This document shows positions 12,701 to 24,856 of a stretch of DNA of 64,000 bases, piece by piece (position 1 is the first letter of the stretch; each line of letters begins with the position of its first letter). Below the pieces are notes generated by a model, which was not told the DNA's origin, searched no databases, and saw only the letters and a list, made by a program, of their open reading frames with translations. A program made the translations under genes and the position numbers. The stretch is from the NCBI GenBank assembly GCA_040954595.2, contig CM082576.2:8187129-8251128 (forward strand), written 5' to 3'. This stretch comes from Balanoglossus misakiensis (lineage: Eukaryota; Animalia; Hemichordata).

Positions 12701-15486
12701 TAAATGTCAAGGTCATAAGAATGAAATGAGACTTACGGAGATGTCTTTGCAGATGTTTTTTTGCAGGACGACAGCATTGTACTTTTAATACTGTAATTCC
12801 ATACTTTGGCGTTGGGGTCACTGCAATTTTCTTGCGATAAACACAAATGCCACTTTGTCGTTGAAAATTAATGGATCAACATCCACCCTGACATATTTTG
12901 AGAAAATATGGACACAGCAAGATACAAATAAAAAATGCTTAAGCAGTCATTCAAAATAGATTAGTGTCTTCATACGTCAGTTGAAAAGAGATTGCAAGTA
13001 TGACCTTTATGGAAAGAAAACTGCATAAGGAGATACTCTTGTTTCTTGGAGGGTGAGAGATGTCAGAATTATATAAGGATGCGCAGACCCTGTCTGCATC
13101 TCGCTAATCAAGCGAATGACAGTACGATAAGGAGGTCAAGTTTCCTTGACAACCGCAATCAGCATCTTACAGTCGGAAGCTATTACTGTTTGATGGGTTG
13201 GACGGCACTTTTAGAGGCATCAAGCTGAGGGCAAAGAGACCTACATGTGTCGTGTGCGGAGAAAGCCCAACCATTACTGAACTAATCGACTATGAACAGT
13301 TCTGTGGGGCGTCGGCCACTGACAAGGTAGGGCAGAGAACTCTGGAGACTCGAGAGGATTTGAGCAATCACTTCTGCACTCGTACTCTTCAGCTGAAGCA
13401 AGGAATTCTGTAAATAAACATAGAAAGGAAATATAAAATTGAATTTCTGGTTATTCTATGATGATCTCAAATACATTGTATTATGGAAGAAATTAAACAA
13501 AAATGCAAGTTTTTGCCCTATAAATTCGGCATGCAAGTGAAATTTAGCTGATGTGTCAATGCAATTAAGTCAAGCAGAACATTGAGAAAAAAGTGTGACA
13601 TCTGATGATGAAGCAATGAGAATGATTGTCATAATTAAAAAAAGTCAGGATCAGGAAAAACAATTGATGCTCCCACAGAGAGGTGTGTTAATTCAACATG
13701 ACATTTTTCAACCAGAATAATTTTCAAAGCATATTTCTCTTGTTTATTTTCAGTCACAGAGTCTTTCTGTTCTCGGCAACAGTGAAAGAATTTCTGCAAA
13801 GGACTATGCTGAAGTTGCGCATCAAAAGTCCCCACACATTCTGGTTGACGTCAGACAACCGTGTGAGCTGGACATTGGTGTTCTGCCAAATGCAACCAGT
13901 ATCCTTTTCCAGTTGGAGGCAATTTTGCACTGCAGTGCCACAAATTAACGAAATATCTGACCAATGATTCTTGGCACCACAGTTTGAATCTAAGCATGTG
14001 TGAAAAACGGAGCATTTTGACTTCATGCCACCACACTGGAGTGATTTGCAACTGGTACCCTCATCTACCCTGACTCCATAGGGCACCGTGTTAGAGATAC
14101 AGAATACACCGGGGACAATTTAATTGCACATGAAATATTAGAAAATACGAATAAGTGATCTAAGCAGAGTGATAGATGATAGTTGTAAAAATGTCTTTCA
14201 CAGTGCAATAACAATGATTTGTTACATGGATGTAGTTAATGAAATATGAGGAGGGGGGGGGGGGCAAACAGTACTGCTCGTACAGTTTTTCAGACCGTGA
14301 AAGAAATTGAGCAATTTAGTAATTCCAGTGATGCATGTAGGTATCTGTGATCTACTTGGGTTTCCAGATTGTATCAGAGTTGTGATGACCCTTATCTTAC
14401 TGGTTCATGATGAGAATCTGATTCTTTTGTTATGGAAATGTCAAAGCTTTATTTGTTCTCAAGAAATATGACTCGTGTTTCCGTTCATTTCTATCAGAGA
14501 ACAATCTAGTAAAATCATTTTTTTTCAAAAGATATTATGGCCAATTTGAATGTGGATTTATAGCAAAGTGCATCTGACTGCATGAGTGCTCAGTCTAAAG
14601 CAAATGATTCCGTAACCAGTGGACCAGATATACCCATCAGTGACTTTGCCAAGGATACGGAACTAGACAAGTTGAGGCAAGTTATCACGGAATCATCGGG
14701 GCAGCTGAAAGGAGGTGACAAATTACCAGGTATGTCTTCTTTTGTCCGAGATAATGAAATCAGGGGTGTGTATACTCCAGAGGCAGGGCTTTCTTCTCGC
14801 ATAATTCCGTCGGTTAATGAAAGTTTATTTGCCTGAGTAATTCAATTCCCACTCGATCGCTGAATGTGGTCTCATTTGGTGCTGAATCCTCGTCTAATAC
14901 AGTAAGAACTGCAAACCACAATGTGCGTTTTATTTTGAGAGTCACTTTCCTCTCGGCATCTTTGTCTTTCTAATTCGATCCGTACAAAATGCAGTGAAAA
15001 GTTGAATTTGGGTCTCAGACGGTGATTATGAAATCTTCAGTGAGTATTGAGAACTTTTAAATGGATTTTAGCATGCACACCGTTGTTATGATTAGGATTT
15101 GTCATTAAGGAATTTTTCAAATTATTGCTCCCGTGAGCATTCTAAAACCGTTAGTCATAACTCTTGCAATCTCTTCTGACTTCCAATTAAATTTGTCTCT
15201 GCACTTCGTAGCATTTCTATGGAACCAGAGCTGTTTCCATGTGTGGTGTCTGAAACAACAAGTCTTCCATGGTTGTGAAAAATTGCCATCTTCAATTCAT
15301 ATGATTTATGCTCTCTTTCCCCCTTTCTGTTCAGTGTACGTCATTTGCAGACTCGGCAACGACTCCCAGAAGGCTGTTCGCATCCTCCAAGACAAGCTGT
15401 CTGACGCGCCCATCAGTGTAAAAGATGTCCAAGGAGGTCTGATGGCTTGGGCCAGAACTGTTGATCCTGACTTTCCACAGTATTAA
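9706..15486 (+). CDS. MOCS3: Adenylyltransferase and sulfurtransferase MOCS3/UBA4 (MoeB/E1-like domain plus rhodanese domain), 12 exons, ~464 aa
   Basis: Exons 9706-9819, 9997-10135, 10446-10538, 11088-11208, 11539-11613, 11756-11873, 11997-12105, 12320-12382, 13163-13326, 13754-13898, 14628-14729, 15335-15486 (1395 nt, in frame). Motifs: [49 protein letters not shown], rhodanese active loop CRLGNDS, C-terminal DPDFPQY. Confidence 0.97.
9879..9925. mobile_element. Putative P-superfamily transposon excision footprint (33-bp near-palindrome, 7-bp TSD)
   Basis: ATCTAAC-[CACGGTCATTCCACACATGTGTGAGTGACCGTG]-ATCTAAC in MOCS3 intron 1. Confidence 0.7.
11614..11755 (+). other. U12-type (minor spliceosome) GT-AG intron, MOCS3 intron 5
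   Basis: Donor GTATCTTTT. Branch site TTCCTTAAC at 11737-11745, 10 nt before the exon start. No polypyrimidine tract. Splicing keeps the frame ([14 protein letters not shown]). Confidence 0.85.
12383..13162 (+). other. U12-type GT-AG intron, MOCS3 intron 8
   Basis: Donor GTATCCTTTT. Branch site TTTCCTTGAC at 13141-13150. The join gives [17 protein letters not shown]. Confidence 0.92.
13899..14627 (+). other. U12-type GT-AG intron, MOCS3 intron 10
   Basis: Donor GTATCCTTTT. Variant branch site TTCCGTAAC at 14608-14616, with purine-rich sequence before the AG. The join gives LPNATN/IPISDF. Confidence 0.85.
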
Positions 15487-18400
15487 TGGCAAAAAGTGTG
15501 CAATGAATCCTAAGGCTGAAATATATGAAGGGGTTGAATCATAGTTGTGATATGCAGACGGGAAAATGTTTTCTGTAGTACGTTGCTCAGAGGCCTGCAA
15601 TAGGAAACTGGTACTGAATGATACTCGTGTGAGCGTGATGTCGAATTTCAAGACAACACATTGGGGAGATTTCCATTGACTATCTTCCATAGATGTCAGT
15701 TCCTTCCCACATTAAACTTGGAATGTCACCATCTTCAAGAGGGAAGTCTGAATAAGATGGTTAACCAGCAAGAAATGTCTATTTCTGATGTCTATTTCAA
15801 GTTTGCTTTCAGGCAGGCACACAGCTGGATCATAGCAACTGATAAAAATATTTTTCCACTGAGGTCGCAGAGTGTAACTCATCTATCACCAGAGTACAAT
15901 TGATCAACCCTGTGTTTTTCATAAATGTTGACTGATGACAGACAATCTAAAATGGGGTTATGATCGGTTGGGATTTGAGTACATATTACAGAATCAGTTG
16001 TTTATGGAATGAATTTTCCAGAGTTAGTAAGTTAATTGAGTAAACTTCAGTCTTTGGAAATTACATTTGCTGGTTCTTCAATGTTCTTTACTCTTATGTC
16101 CGTCGTGGACTCTACATGTAGGCTCCAAGAACAAACCTGAAAAAGCAAATGGAAAGATCGAGCCAATGTACTACTCTACATCTGATTTTAATCAGATTGC
16201 TACACTCCCATACCATGTCTTATAAATGGCAGGTACAAATTGCCCCCAGGGTCTTGAACTAACATGGTTGCAATGTCCGAATTGGATAATGTAATGAATA
16301 CTTTGGTGACGATAACTTATCAAACACTTTATCTGCACTTCTATTTTTTTACCCTGAAGTGTAGGTTGTATTAAACCACTGATACACACCTCTGCAGTCC
16401 GTTGACCTTGATGACGTTAGGCTGGGCAATTTGCAAATATAGGTTTTCCTGATCTCAATCGTTGTATTCACCCAAGCATGCACGAATTGCAACACAAGTA
16501 AACCACTTAGCGATGAGACTGATAGACAGAAAGCAAGCAAGGCCACCAGGGGATGTTTGTGAAAATGGCTTAACTTATAGGGAGCTGTATAGGGGAAAAG
16601 ATGCAACTTCGGTCTGGAGGGATGGGTGAATGAACTTTTGATTTGCGGGTGTGTCGCATCAGGCAACATGTCTGCTTTGTTATCAGTGGTGAAAATTTGA
16701 TATTATGGTAATGTTATCAAATTGGCCCATTTTGATCTCCCAGGAAAATAACATCTTGTGTAAATATGTTTTCTTCCCTTGTATTGAATCAAGTGTGGGC
16801 GTCTTGCCAGCTGTACGAAGCCGTGGGCTCTGTAGGTGCCTGGTCTGTTCAAATATTTTTTGTCTCTTTGTGACGAGTTGTTCAAATTTATTTATCTATT
16901 GCCCCACAAATTGTGATATGTCCACAACCAGAACGCTTAATTCCCCTGTGTTTATCCCTGCATTTTTTTGGTCTCAGTTTTCCAGGTATGTTTCAGTACT
17001 GCATTTAAACTGGTTGTGAATAATTATTGTGATAACAAAATCCCGGTTTCTCACTGATCATCAGATCTAAGACTGCTTACGCAGATCTCAAGTTTTTAAT
17101 CTGACCATTCTGATATTTGTTGGAGGGATTGTAATGGACGGACTGGTTGCTAAGCCACTGTGCAGAGGAAATAATTACATGGAAGTGATCCATGGCCATA
17201 CAAGAAAATCATAATCAAAAGCAATTTTAATCATCTGGATTGAAAATAATTGGAATACCTTGTAGATAAAGCAATTTGAACAAAAAAATGTGTACTGAAT
17301 TTCACTGACAGGAAATGGAAGTTCTTAATAAGAACAATCTGATTGGAATTTCGGAATTCAATCAACATGTTGTTCATAAATTGGAAATTGAATCAATTTT
17401 TCATGAAAATGAAGACAGGATATAGCAGCATGAAAATAACTGCGACTCTTTTTCTTCCTGTACACAGCTAATGAATTCCAAATCAAATTCAGGTTTATCT
17501 AAGTTCAGATATTCTGCAGGCATACAAGCAAATTTTTCTCCAGAATGCGCAATTTGAACAATAAAAGCAACCTTAAATGTAATGAATATAACTTGAACTT
17601 CATCACTTCATCTTTATGGGGACAGCAATGTCCATGCTATTAAATTAGTACAACCCGGTGAACGTTTTCAAGCGTATAATGTAGCAATAAATTTGAGTTC
17701 CCTTCTGGTACATCAGGTATTTTTCAGTTCAGTGAATTTGTTCTCTTGGCCATAAATTCTTTACATACACTTGTGCGTTTCTGCTAGCTTTAAGTCTCAT
17801 TCATAATTAACATGAATGTGGTGGACAATAAAACCTTGTCATTTTGAAAGAGTTTCAACCACAGAAGATAACATCCCTCACGATGATCCCCTCAATTTTA
17901 CCTGTCAGCAGAGAAAGTTGAAAAGCAATCAAGCAATATCCCCCCATGGATTTTTTTTAGATAAATCACGATTCTCGCAGAGTGTTCCCTGGAGACGCAA
18001 AAAGATATGACGAGGGCAGTATCAGTTCGTCTTTAAAATGTCATTATTCATGTTCAATTGTGATCATTTTAGACAACAATCCTGAAATGACCCTTTTTAC
18101 TGGCAGTCAACTGCACAAATCTGTTTTCAGCAGAAACAGGTAGCCTGGTTATTACATTTCAAACTAACATTGCAAAAAGTGGTCACTTTCCATTACATTT
18201 ACGACTAAATCATTTGATTAGCAAACACTTTGGAGACAGAATGCTTATCCTGTTCAGAATTTAGAGAATTGAACGGTGGACTATCATTTTCCTGAAAATC
18301 TGTCCCCAAGGGGCAGACTACCTTAACAGTTGATGTTGCTGATAGGTGAAATGCCGCTCCAGAGGGTTAATGAGGGATTTAAATAGGAGATGTACGTTCA

Positions 18401-20699
18401 TCCTTAGAAAAAAAAATCACTGTATTGAGGAACATAAGGAATTCAACTGAAAATGTTTCCCTTAAATGTACATGTACATGTATGCTCTGTGCAGTTTCAG
18501 AACAAAAGATCCAGGAACATTGCAATTTATATTATACCAGTGGGAGTTTACGGGATCAGTCGGTAACCGTAATCCGTAAGTCTGCGTGTGTCAGGCTTCA
18601 ATGATCCCATGAAGATGACAAATCTCTGTGGGTTCAGGCATGCCTGAGTAATGGCTCTGGACATGAAAAAAAAAATCAGCACAAAATGACATAATTGTCC
18701 TGATATCAAGTTTGTAGGGCTCCAGACATGAAAATACGATACATGTGGGTGTATTGTGGCTAAATATCGCAAAATATATTTTAGTGCATATGAAAATCAT
18801 AGTACATTGCCCTTGTATCAAATTCAAATGAAATCAATTTAGAAATGTCTGAGTAATGGCTTCAGATTGACAAGATGGATGGTCCACCCAATCCATTAGT
18901 ACCCCCCAGAAGCTAATCATGATTAGACAATGCTGCACGGGGCAAACAATTTATGACCCAGTATTAAAAGATTTCATGTAATAAATAAATTCTCTGCATC
19001 ATGCTCAAACAAAAAGCACTCTTTGAGGGGGTCAGTTACTGAGTAATAGAACAATTTCAGAAGCAAATATGGGAAGAGGCATACTGATGATGTTCTGCAG
19101 GGTGCATATGAATATTCCAGTTTCAGGTTTCATGTAAAGAATATACAAATGGTAAAATCTCTAATCAAATCACTAATATCGTGATATATCCTGCATGCAC
19201 ACACAGGCAATAAACACAGCTGAACAACCAACTTTTAATAAAAGAATGGGTTTAATGAGTTGTGAACTTAAATTACATTTTCATGAATTTTGAAAATCTC
19301 CTTTATAACTGCAGCCTAGCAATTTGAATCCTACGGTATTGCCTTTAAATGTGAGTTTGTTGAGCGATCACTGCCTAAGCTACAAACACTCCAAGTTCTG
19401 ATGTGTGCTCCATCAGTCATAATTGTGGTTAATATCGACAAAGAGTGGATGACATCACAGGGGACAGTGACCTCAATCGTAATAACGACTGCAGGCTAAA
19501 AACATTATAACTCATCCCACTATCTCTTCTACTGTCAAAAAAAGTACAAATAAATGCCTAGAACCCAGGAATGTTCAAGTCAGAAGGTCTATGCCAAAAA
19601 CAATGTATAAGCAATCAGTAAATATGTAAACATTTCCTGAAAAAAACAACAACAAGAAAGTACATTGGTGAAAAGGACTGAACCATCTATTTAACATTAA
19701 ATAGGAAATACCACATTTGTGCTGGCTACCGAGACATATTGCGAGATGGTTTTCTGCAATGAGACTGAAAAATCCTTTTTGGATCACTATCTGATACTCT
19801 TGTATACAGAGGTTCATGGGTAACTCACAGATTAGTCACACACCCAAATTGTCATGTTCAGATGTTCTCATGGCTTCACAGAAGCACAGCACTAGCACTT
19901 CTCCTACTCTACCATACCCTACGATTGATTGTTGCAGGTAATTATATTTGTCAAGATCACTCTCCTACTTGAGAATCTACAAGTCACAAGCAGTGAAATT
20001 ATAGCAACTTTGCCTCAACAGCTTCATGTTGGCAAAATAATGTCTGTGACTACAGAAGTGATTACCATTAGCATGGCATGTCTCTACAAAATTTCACATA
20101 CTGAGTTGTCAGTCACAATTGTTACTTAAGGATTTCATACACAAATTTATCAAAAAGAAAACTTTCTATTTCTTCGACAGCTGCTTTGATTTTGAGTAAC
20201 GCTGTCTTCCAGGCAGCTTTAATTGTCACTGTATAATTTATTACTTGTCTTGGTGTAAAATATAATTTTTTTTTTTCTACTTGGGAATTAGGCACAGGGT
20301 GACACCCACAGAGATGTGGGTAATGCAGCTTTTTTCAGATAAATTATTTTTGTTTCATCTGGTCAGAAATCCAAAGATACAAAATAAGTAAAGAAAATCA
20401 TGCCAGAGAACTAACTGTGATAATTCAAGTCAGATGAAGGCTAGCTCTGCCTAAACATATTATCTTACAGTGCAGAAATGCTTCATTAATATCAGAATAC
20501 ACAGAAACATTTAAAACAATGTTATTTCATAGTCTAAACGGACGTTTTTGGTTAATTTTCTAATACTTTGTGGGGGTGTTAACAGCATTACACAAATATA
20601 CAATAAAAATACAAAAAAAAAAATCAGCATATTTACATTATTGCCCAAAGTGCAACAAATAAATATATATATTTTTTTTAATTTCATTGTCTCTCATCA

Positions 20700-23600
20700 T
20701 CACTGGATAACGCAGGCTTGTGATTGGTCCCCGTGCTGTCCGGTTGCCTTGGCGAAGCAGATGGCTTGCATCCACTCTTGCTGGTCGTTTTCGTTTTCCG
20801 CGTGAATGTAATGGCTCCTGCTGCTGTCGTGTGGCTTCAACCGGAACACGTAGGGCTTCTTGTCGATGTGTGCTTCCGAGATTTCTGTGCCCTCCAGCGA
20901 GATGCATTTGTTTGTGTTCTGCAGATGAAGAAAAAAGGGGGAAATTCTTAGAAGAGGAGCGGTAAATGGACAGAGCAACTGCCTTTTGAACCTGTTCACC
21001 CCTGTTTTGTCGTCTCACTATATGATGGAATAATCTCTCCTTTGTCTGCTGCCAGGGATATTCCTTTCATGGAGAATGATACGATAGGGGTAGGGGGAGG
21101 CAACTCCTCTGAATGTGCAGTGAATCTATCATTGTAGGATAATATCATGTCAGTACAGAATTTTAATAATAGAAAGACATTATCGGCCATTGGTTACTGA
21201 TATTCACTTTATGACGTTATTCCTACTTGGGGAAAAGCGATCAAAGAAATCTGTTCCACGCATACTAATTATTTTTTTACAGGGGGGGGGGGGGGATGAA
21301 TGTCTTCCAATACATGCCGAGAAATGACTTTATTTAGAGAAGGGTACAATTATATCGGGAAATGTGAAGAGCCATTGCTGAAATTAGCACTGGCATTCTG
21401 TGGCGTTACAATCACAGTATGAGAACATTTATACACGTAGCACCGTTCAGGCAGACCTGACCTGACTCCGATGCCATTTTCTTCTGAGTCAGCCAGATGC
21501 TATTAGAACTACGGAGTCCAATCACATCATGGAGGTGAACGTCCTTGCAGTCCTCAACACGCGACCCCATTTTCTGGGCCGAAGTCAGGAGAATCATTAC
21601 ATGTATCTGGGTTTTTGCGGCCTGCAGTCGCGGCTAATCATACTGGGCCAGTTTTCCTGTCTTTCAGTTTCATCCTTCCATTCCTATTCCAATCTTAAAT
21701 GGATATTTACCTCTATTAAAACCATGCCCTCAGTAGAGTGGTTTCAAGGACAATGTAAAAATAAGAGGCTGAAAATCCTGCATGATAGCAGTAATTATCT
21801 CAATTTTATTACAAAAACGCTGTACTCTTATGGTTTTCCTGTAGAAATAATATCTGTGTACTTCGTGTGGACTCATTTGGCTGCAGTTGCTGTAATTCTT
21901 AAGTACCTCCTGAAAATTTACTGTCCCATAATTATGAATAATATTGACACAGAGATCACGTTCATAATGAAATTGGCATATATGCTCAATTTCTGTTGAT
22001 TAATATTTCATCAAGTTGTCACAATTGATGAAGTGTGAACTACAAACAGCAAGGGTGAATGCCTGTTCCGAATGAAGCAATTGTATTTTTTCTCTTTCGA
22101 ATTGATTAATCAAACAAAAAATACATACAAATTATCTGGCATACTTTCAATGCTTCATTCAAAATTTCTCCTGAGATCAGGTCACTGCTCAACATTTTTT
22201 ACGCAAATTAATTAAACTTCACAAAATAGAATTTGTTCAGCTGTGTATACTGTATATGCACATGAGTGATACAAATTGTAATCCTATGACAGCAAATATC
22301 GAATATCAAAAAGAAGATTGAATGTGAGCTGACAGGACAAATAAAACATTTAAATTGTAATTACACTGTAATCAAATGTCACAAAAGATATAAACATTTA
22401 TCTTACACATGTATACAGGCCACTCAGACAAACCCATCATGAGTTCACCTACAATATTTATGATAAAAAATTAAGCCCAAAAAGAAAGAATTTTATTTTT
22501 GCATTACAGGAATACATTATTTTTCCTTCATATTTTCTGAAGTAGGACAGCAGGCAGCAAATACTGTTCATGTGATCTGGCAGAAGAGATCATCAATTAA
22601 GTGAGTCACTGCTAAGTGATCATGGCAGGCTGTCTATATTCCATTTTTCTGCTTCAGTCAACAAACCTCTCCTGGGTCAAGGGGTCACACTGAGAGTCTA
22701 TTGTGTCTGGTTTTATTGCTGAAATCAAACTCCACTTATCCAGCTATATGATTTCATTAATGGTTTCACTAAGCTCACTTCCTGAGAGTGAAAATCATGC
22801 GAAAAAGAAGCACTATCTTGCCCTGTCTGTCAGGTGTTGACTCATCATGTTAAATCTGTTCAATATAACCAAACATTGGGGAAAAAAGATCACACCCCAA
22901 CCCCCACAAAATATTGTGAAGCTGAATACAGGATCACGGTAGCATGAGTTCATGAGCAGCTGAGTGTGTTGATGCATAGACCCTAGGGTCTATGGTTGAT
23001 GGAACTAAAGAAAATATGGCTTTTGAGGCTTTGGGGAGAAAATTGCAACTAGTAAATTGGGATCAACCATGGATCTTTTTACGTCCATGGATCAACAAAC
23101 TTCCTCTTGACCTTTGATCACTACGGTTAAGTTCAATCAGGTTGTTAGCACTCAATACTAGTACAGTTGTATATAATGCATTCCACTCTCAATATGAACC
23201 TTACAGTTCAGTAACCAAGGCAAAACCTCGGGCTACTAAACTGCAGCTATATGAACGTATGATATCGTCGTGTCTAGCTGAAGTACCGGGTTCTGCGGAT
23301 TTATTCACCCACAACCCTGTTGGCAGGACGCAATTCACCTACTGTTCTTTAAGTGTACAAACAGTGACACACCATTTACACACTCCGCGGATTACATGTA
23401 TCGTAACTGAGATGTGAACGCTCGTGCGTTTGTTTACGATTTGTGACCAGAGACGAATCGAGTAATGACTGGAAATTAGCAAATTAACCAGGTTGATTCG
23501 ATTACGTATAGTTGCTACGCCGGAGCCCCGAGCGATTTACTGTACACATCAGTTTCCTCTCGCCGTGGGAGACAACATGATTCGGAAAGCAGACACTTCA

Positions 23601-23844
23601 CTTGACTTACGTTTTCCGTGTTTCCGTAGTGCAGCTGCGTTTTCTTGAGGCAAAACCACTGCCTTTTCCACTTGTGAGTAAGTCTCGTCCTCTTCATTAG
23701 CCAACCAGACTTTTGGTATTCTGTCTCAGCTTCCGTGTTTTCGTCTGATGCCTCGCCGTTCACAGCATCGTTGTCATCAGCGGCGATCTCCGGCGTTTCA
23801 ACAGCAGACGAAGCGCTTTGCTGCTGCTGCTCTTCCTCCGCCAT
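20700..23844 (-). CDS. Small pleckstrin-homology (PH) domain protein with acidic N-terminus and C-terminal CAAX box, 2 exons, 150 aa
   Basis: Exons 23844-23611 and 20918-20700 (phase 0, GT-AG). The join gives one complete PH fold: KSGWLMKR..KWKRQWFCL..LHY..ISL..YVFRL..YIHAENENDQQEWMQAI. The protein ends in CVIQ. Confidence 0.9.
22968..23001. mobile_element. Putative P-superfamily excision footprint (perfect 20-bp palindrome, 7-bp TSD)
   Basis: GTTGATG-[CATAGACCCTAGGGTCTATG]-GTTGATG. Confidence 0.75.
23061..23096. mobile_element. Putative P-superfamily excision footprint (22 bp, CATGGA/TCCATG ends, 7-bp TSD)
   Basis: GATCAAC-[CATGGATCTTTTTACGTCCATG]-GATCAAC. Confidence 0.7.
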
Positions 23845-23891
23845 CTTGACTTGTGATGGGCGGGGTTGTTTGTTTGTTGCCTTGTACACGC

Positions 23892-23917
23892 GTTACACCT
23901 AGGGTCTATGGTTACAC
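23892..23917. mobile_element. Putative one-sided transposon footprint (12 bp of right end, 7-bp TSD)
   Basis: GTTACAC-[CTAGGGTCTATG]-GTTACAC. The insert is identical to the last 12 bp of the palindrome at 22975-22994. Confidence 0.65.
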
Positions 23918-24525
23918 AAGCTCCGTGATCTGAGCATGTACTTTGCTACATCCTGCTCGCCGCTACTCCGGTTATCTGTACGGGTTTATCAACTTAAAAG
24001 TTTTACCATTTTGTGTCACAAATTTGGATATACGTTCATACTCTGTTAGAACATAGCCCTACATTTGTTCAAAGCCCACCTACCATCAAAACAGCCCCTG
24101 GTGCAGGTGGAGCGAAAGGGCCTATGATTATGAAAACGTTCTGCAAATCAGTTTCCGCAATTTCCAGTCTTTGCTCAATTTGCTGCAGTCAATTTTCAAG
24201 TAGATAAACCGAGTTTCACTTGAAAGTAAACTGTTACCAGAAGACTATAATATATTGCACGATTTTTTCTTTTCTTTTTTAAAAATGAAAGTGAAATTTA
24301 AAAGCATTAGGCCCAGGGGGCGCTAAACAGCATGAACGAAATATCAGGCCCACAGCTTTGCCATAAAAAATAAAATGCACAGAAAGTCATTATACGTTCG
24401 AACATTACTTTTAGTTAGTCCTTTAGGCCTAATGGCAAACCCATGTGCGGGCAAACAACTTGTTATTATTGGTTGCCGTAACAACGTGATGTTAATTAGC
24501 ATAATTACGAGAATGGGCCAAGGTC

Positions 24526-24545
24526 CGTACGTACGTACGTACGTA
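24526..24545. repeat. (CGTA)n microsatellite
   Basis: cgtacgtacgtacgtacgta seen directly. Confidence 0.85.
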
Positions 24546-24856
24546 AGCTGAAGACGTGCGTTGTAAAATTTGCAACTCAAAAAGTAAAGGCCTTGTATTC
24601 CAAAACACATTATATGCATCAGTTCAAGAAAGTGTGTATGTCGAAATATTCGTGGTTCTGGCTGTTTTCAACCAAGTTGAAACACGCCTGAACTTTTTGC
24701 GCGCGTCTGCGACTGAGAGGATAAATCGCGCGCAATTCGAAATCTGGGCGTTCATATTGAGCAACAGTTACTTCGAATACTTTTCTCGGTTCTACAACCG
24801 AAACATCTTCATCACGTAAAAGTGTAAGAAATCATTTATCATTGGTACCCTCAGTC

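Noticed and set aside
18580-18910. Degenerate direct repeats (ctgagtaatggct.., ..gacatgaaaa) suggesting a non-autonomous interspersed element
   Set aside because: Termini and TSD could not be defined by eye, so it was not called as a feature.
21412-21597. Possible extra or alternative exon of the PH gene (MASESGQ...)
   Set aside because: The two identified exons already form a complete PH domain in phase, and this ORF has no convincing splice pair or homology.
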